Assembly: GCF_009914755.1 (NCBI RefSeq) | Contig: NC_060945.1 | DNA from: the human T2T-CHM13v2.0 reference genome, Homo sapiens | Strand: one strand, 5' to 3' | DNA length: 64,000 nt | Shown here: positions 56,791 to 64,000 of the stretch, in pieces | Layout of the letters: every line of letters begins with the position of its first letter | Position numbering within the stretch: the first letter of the stretch is position 1 | The notes under the pieces: generated by a model | Told to the model about the DNA's origin: nothing | Databases searched by the model: none | Seen by the model: only the letters and a program-made list of their open reading frames with translations | Translations under genes and position numbers: made by a program

Positions 56791-58857
56791 TTTTCCTTTT
56801 AAAACTGATCTTAGAATTACCCTGCTTTAAGAGGCCTTTCCAGCAATCTAAAGTTGGAATAAAAGCTCCTCGTCTCTGATCCCACTGCATTTTGTGCTTC
56901 CAGTGGCAAGTTCATCTGCTGATGTGTCTATGCTCCTCAGTAGCTTCTAAGCAACTCAAGGGCAGGAACGTGATGTTTGATTCATGGCTATATCCTCCGG
57001 CACCTGATGTAGATCACTAAAAACTGTACATAGCTGTAAGATAAATTGTGGAAAACATGTTCTAGAAACCTTATTTTTCCTTCCTCAAAACCAATTCTGT
57101 TTCTGACAATTAGGCTTAATTTACAAAGACAATTATAACAGCATAGAAATTGGACTGAGAAAAGTTTTAGTTATCTACACATTTATATTTTCTTTTAATA
57201 CAATAACTCATAGAATGCAAATATACATTTGAAAATCACTGACTTCCTTCTTATAGCAAACATAAGTTGTTGCTACATTCTAAATCAAGTTCATATTTAT
57301 TTTAACATCATATTAGTTACTTATCTGTGTCATTATTAAAACAAAAATAAGACTCCCACAAGCTTTGATTTCTTCAGTATGTACCTCCTAGAGGTCTTTT
57401 CATATCTAATTACTAAGATTATTTTAACTTAATTAATTTAAATGGTTTTTTTTTTTTTTACTAATGCCAAAGGCCTTTTTAAATGCGTTACGTTTGTCAG
57501 TGTTTGAATAGCCTTACCTGATTAATCCAGAACACTAAGATACTTAATGATCATAGGACCTCAAATGCCACTCGAAAATATGAAACCTTTATCTTTTAAC
57601 TCAGTTTTGCTTTCATGCATAGCATGGCTCTCAAATCACGGTTGTGATATTTATTAGCTGTCTTTGCCAAACTGCGGGTAATACATCTTTCACATTTCAT
57701 TGAGAAGAAAAGAAATTTAATCTCACCAGGATCTCCATTATTAGTTCTCCCTCTTGGTTTTTTTTCCTGTGGGGATTTTATGTTGGCCAGATGGGGCTCT
57801 GAAGAATCCACAGACCGATGAGTGCTTTACAATGGCAAAGTGGAAAAGCAAAATCTATTTTTGAGTTAGGAAATTAAATGCGATATATTGTCATCTAGCT
57901 CACTATGTCCAAACTAGTCAATATTTTGTTCATATTCAGTATTGTACAATTATTCTCTTACAAAAGAGAATACCTTCATTTTCCTCAACTTTACTTCAGT
58001 TCCATGTTTAGCTTGTTCTACTGGATAACAGTAATTAACCACTCAATTGCACCCTCTATTCCCTTAAATTCTACCAACTCCGAAGAGGACTCTATAAACC
58101 ACATTTTTACACTGGATCTACTTTCTGGGGAATGCCAATTAAATCTCATTAGCAGCAAAAAGTTAAACATCCCTTTCCATATTCATCACAGATCTATCTT
58201 CCATGAAGCAGAGTTGCTGAATCAAATGTTTGAGAATCAATCTGGTGGGAAATTGTTTATTTCTTGAATTGGCCCAATTCTCATTTTTAAATATTCTGAG
58301 GCTTCTATCTTCGGGTAGTTGCCCTCATGTTCAAAAATCTCTTAAATGGAGAAATAATTATAAGGTCACATAGTTTGTCATAAATGGTTTCAAATAGTGT
58401 AACATCTCAAAGTTTGCATTCCAAATATTTCATTTATGGAATAAATAAAAAGCAACTTCATTTGGAGCCTTCTTATCTTTGTCTATTGTCTTAATGATGC
58501 CTAAGAATGTGTCGGTTCTATATAAAATCGGATATCTGATTTCCAGAAAAGTACTGAATTATTTTGTTTCAGTTTTGCTAGGCATGACCAACAAAAGCAC
58601 ATCATTAAAGGATCTATCTTTTGTCTGACCTACATATTCCTACATATATTCAAAGGTTACTCGTTCCCCACTAGCCACACTGAACAGTAGGGACTTTCTC
58701 AACTGGATCATTTCCTTTCTTGTATCTTTGACTTTGTATGCAAGAGTCTGTCTTAAAACCATGTCCCTTTCTTCACTATTTATGTAAATATCTACTTTTC
58801 CTTCAAAACTCTGATCAGATTCCATGTTGATGATCTGTTCCCTAAACATCTCCTCCT

Positions 58858-58859
<2 letters not shown>

Positions 58860-58895
<36 letters not shown>

Positions 58896-58928
58896 ACATA
58901 CACAAACACACACACACAGAGACATACA

Positions 58929-58975
<47 letters not shown>
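58860..58975 (+). repeat. Compound (CA)n microsatellite with a duplicated gagacatacacaaa interruption
   Basis: Read directly from the sequence. Confidence 0.95.
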
Positions 58976-58978
<3 letters not shown>

Positions 58979-59440
58979 CAGACTTAGCTTTCCAGTCCTC
59001 CAATAATACTTCATAGATTAGCTCTTTGAATTAGAATTATTTGTCTATGCTCTCTTTTCTTATCAGATTTTGAGGTCTTGGAAGTCAGAGTCCATCATTT
59101 TTTCATCTTTGGATCCCAGGACCTAGGCCACCACTGCCATGGTAGCAGGCACTCAATGTGCATTTATAAATAATAGATTGAATTAAACTTGCTGAATACT
59201 GTAAAAATTATTATTAAATTCTGGATAATACTGATTCTCCTATACTAAAGCCAGTATCTGTGACTATAATGACCAGAAGTAGACAGGCCATCTTTTAAGT
59301 TCAATTTTAAAGTTTTTCATAAGACAGAAGTAAATCTTAAAATTCCTAGCAGAAGCAAGAAAGAAAAAGGGCACCTGAATTTATTTGCCAAAATTCACTC
59401 ATATTTAGAATAGAAAGAATCTAAAAAAAAAAAATGAGAG

Positions 59441-59780
<340 letters not shown>

Positions 59781-60805
59781 TCAACTAAATTAGCTCCTGT
59801 GACTGCTTTATAAACAAATCTTAATGGTTAGTTTGCAAAACAGCAAAGGCAATTGAAGTTAGCAGAATTAAGGGCTAAACAGCAACTCTGATGATTTCAG
59901 CTGGTGACTAGGGGAAGACCTCAGCAAGGACAGTCAAGTGGCCCTAAACCAACCAATTTGCAAACACTCTAAAATGCCCAAATTATATTTTGCTCTCTTT
60001 TTAGCTCATTTTAAACTGAGCAAACATTTTTATTTTAAAAACAAACAAAAACATAAACCAAATTATAAAAATATTCATTTAAGTTACCTAATATTTCATT
60101 GTGTTACTGCTTTGTTCCTTATTACTTTTCTAATAACCACAAGGGTTTACCTTTCTGTTACAACAGTTAAAATGATTTCACTAAGAATGTGCCCGGATGC
60201 TTGAAAAAGAGGAAACATCATTTATGAATTTCAAAACAGAAATATGTGACAACCTGTGTATGAAGGAACCCTTGTAAGCATTCTGGAATTAATTTTTTTC
60301 CTACCTCCTGCATCGCCGACCACCCATTAAAAAAAAAAAACACTTTGGGTGGAGTTAAGAATTCTTTTCAAATGTTAAACAATAACTGGAAATCCTGAAA
60401 ATGTATTCTCTTTTATCAAGTGGGAAAACGCTTTAAAGTATCCCCCCACCACTGCCACCTTTCTTTTTGCTAAGAATTGTTTAGCATGATATTTACTCAG
60501 AGGTTTCTATTTTGAACAGAAAGTTCAGTTATAACTGCCTGAAATATGATGCCATCTGTGTTTATTTTCCCTTCTGAAACACGATTTTTTCCCCCAAACA
60601 TAGCAAGTACCTGGTCCTAATAACCTAGATACATGTATCAGCTCAACCAATTCTTCACTTAACCAGCGGTGAAATTAAAGATATAGAACATGTACCATAA
60701 AAATGTGAACTTCACTGCAAATGTAAATCATATCAAGTACATCTATAAATTCAAATATATAAAAATATTCTGATTAATAAGTAGTTATGAGTTATATGTA
60801 TTTAC

Positions 60806-60972
60806 CAGGGTGGAGGTAGCTATGGAGTGAGAAAGAGGGCACACAGCACACTCCATGATATAGTTAGTGAATCAAGAGCTAAGCTAGGAGCCAGATGACC
60901 AAAGAATCACAGAATCAGTTTGACTTCACATTCTCCAAGTTATACTCGCACCTCTACCTGGGACAGCAGCAT
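60806..60972 (-). other. Candidate alternative cassette exon of CYYR1 (167 nt, or a 15-nt microexon at 60958-60972)
   Basis: Acceptor ttttttttttctcaaactgtctccacataccag|ATG; donors CAG|gtagag (60957) and CTG|gtaaat (60805). No transcript evidence is available here. Confidence 0.4.
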
Positions 60973-62411
60973 CTGGTATGTGGAGACAGTTTGAGAAAAA
61001 AAAAATTTAAATTTATTAATAATATATTTTGTTACTTTAAATACTGCGAAGTAATATGCCACTGTAAACATCATTATATATTTAAATTTGAGCTGATAAG
61101 TTACTGTAAAAAATCATCCTGACAGTTTTCTAATGTAAAAAGTGGGCTTAATTTCTTTTCTACCAAACCATCCATGAAGAAAAATTCAAACATTTTATTG
61201 GAGCTTATTTGCATTTCAAGGAAGGCTTAAATTCTATACATGGTTTTTAATTATAGCTTGACATTTCTTTCACATCTATTATAGTGTTCAAGAGTATCCC
61301 AAAGTATGATTTTTTATTTTGTATTCTCAGAGTCATGATCTCTAATAGGAGCCTCAACACTGATTCCAGAAAGTTTATGTGGTGCCAGGTTTTCTATTCT
61401 CGGGAAATGGAGGATGTGTAACAAGCCGTCTCAACGGACACTTCCCTAAAACAGCCAGGCACATATGACTTAGCGCCTAATGTTTCCCGTTTCCACTTGA
61501 GCCTTTGTAGGGCATGAATTAAACAGAACATTTCCCAAATCATCATGATACTGACTTGAAAAACAAGAACAGAAGACAGAGGCACAACCGTTGCTGCTCT
61601 CTGAAAGCCATGGGGATTTTGACTCAAGAAATTCTTATGTTCCCAATTCTCAACCCTCGTTTCTCAGTTGTGGGTTCCTCTCTTGAGGAATTGACAAGTG
61701 CACACTTTTCCAGCCGTACAGCCCTGGAGGCAGGTCCAGCTTCCATATTTCCCTTTGTCCAGAATCGGCTCTAAAATAAATTTCTAATTTGTTACAAGGA
61801 AATGCTTCACAGAGTCTACATGTACATATTTCATTTGTGTTTTTGTGCCTTGTTGTTTATCACTTTGCATTACTCATACCTAGCTTGTCTTAGGCTCTAA
61901 ACTTGTTTCCTGAAGTTGCTGTATGTGTATCATGTGAGAACTGACATTTCATGTCTCAACTGTTTTTTATTCATAACCTCTCTTTTTCCTGACATCTACT
62001 GGATGTATTAAATTAATACATGATGACAAAATAAACTGGCTATAATTAAATAACAAATCTTAACTTGCACAAAACAGACAAAACCATATCACTGATGATG
62101 TTATAAAATTATCAATAAAATGATGTCTACTTAAAACATTATTATAGTACACAAAGTAAAACAATAAAAGAATAACTCTTTTTAGTTCCTTTATAATGAA
62201 GGCAATTTATTTTGTATATTATTTTGCATATTTTGTCAAACAATATAGTCCATTAGATAGCGATGTGTTAATATCTCCAGTAAAGATTTCATGTCAATAA
62301 CCAATCTTGAAATCTCTTGCCCACAACTATCACTTAGTACTTTTAAAAGACATAACTGGACAACTGGACAAGAGGAAGAGCATCAGTATTGCCAAATCTG
62401 ACGAATACTCA

Positions 62412-64000
<1,589 letters not shown>

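Overview
Primate (very probably human) genomic DNA: AT-rich, CpG-depleted and dense in repeats. The only protein-coding sequence I can support is a 103-nt minus-strand exon at 62413-62515. It encodes (D)[34 protein letters not shown], which I recognise as exon 2 of CYYR1 (chr21q21.3, from recall). Positions 1-62412 are therefore most of the long intron 2, and 62516-64000 is the end of intron 1. The rest is Alu, L1, L2, MIR, MaLR/ERV LTRs and DNA-transposon fossils, including a near full-length Tigger1 and a truncated Tigger4. The ORF-track entries are repeat-derived or spurious, and the 62330..62515 entry reads the real exon in the wrong frame. I found no novel multi-gene system. The best leads are: a candidate alternative CYYR1 exon adding CCCPR; a sense-oriented MSTA LTR with an intact DUX4 motif and splice donor; a SOX/FOX:ETS/GATA motif cluster; an L1 nested in an L1 with a ~20-nt twin-priming inversion; a very young AluYc1 forming a close inverted Alu pair; and a fold-back at the Tigger4/MLT2 junction. 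Repeat subfamily calls come from memory of consensus sequences, and boundaries of old repeats are approximate.
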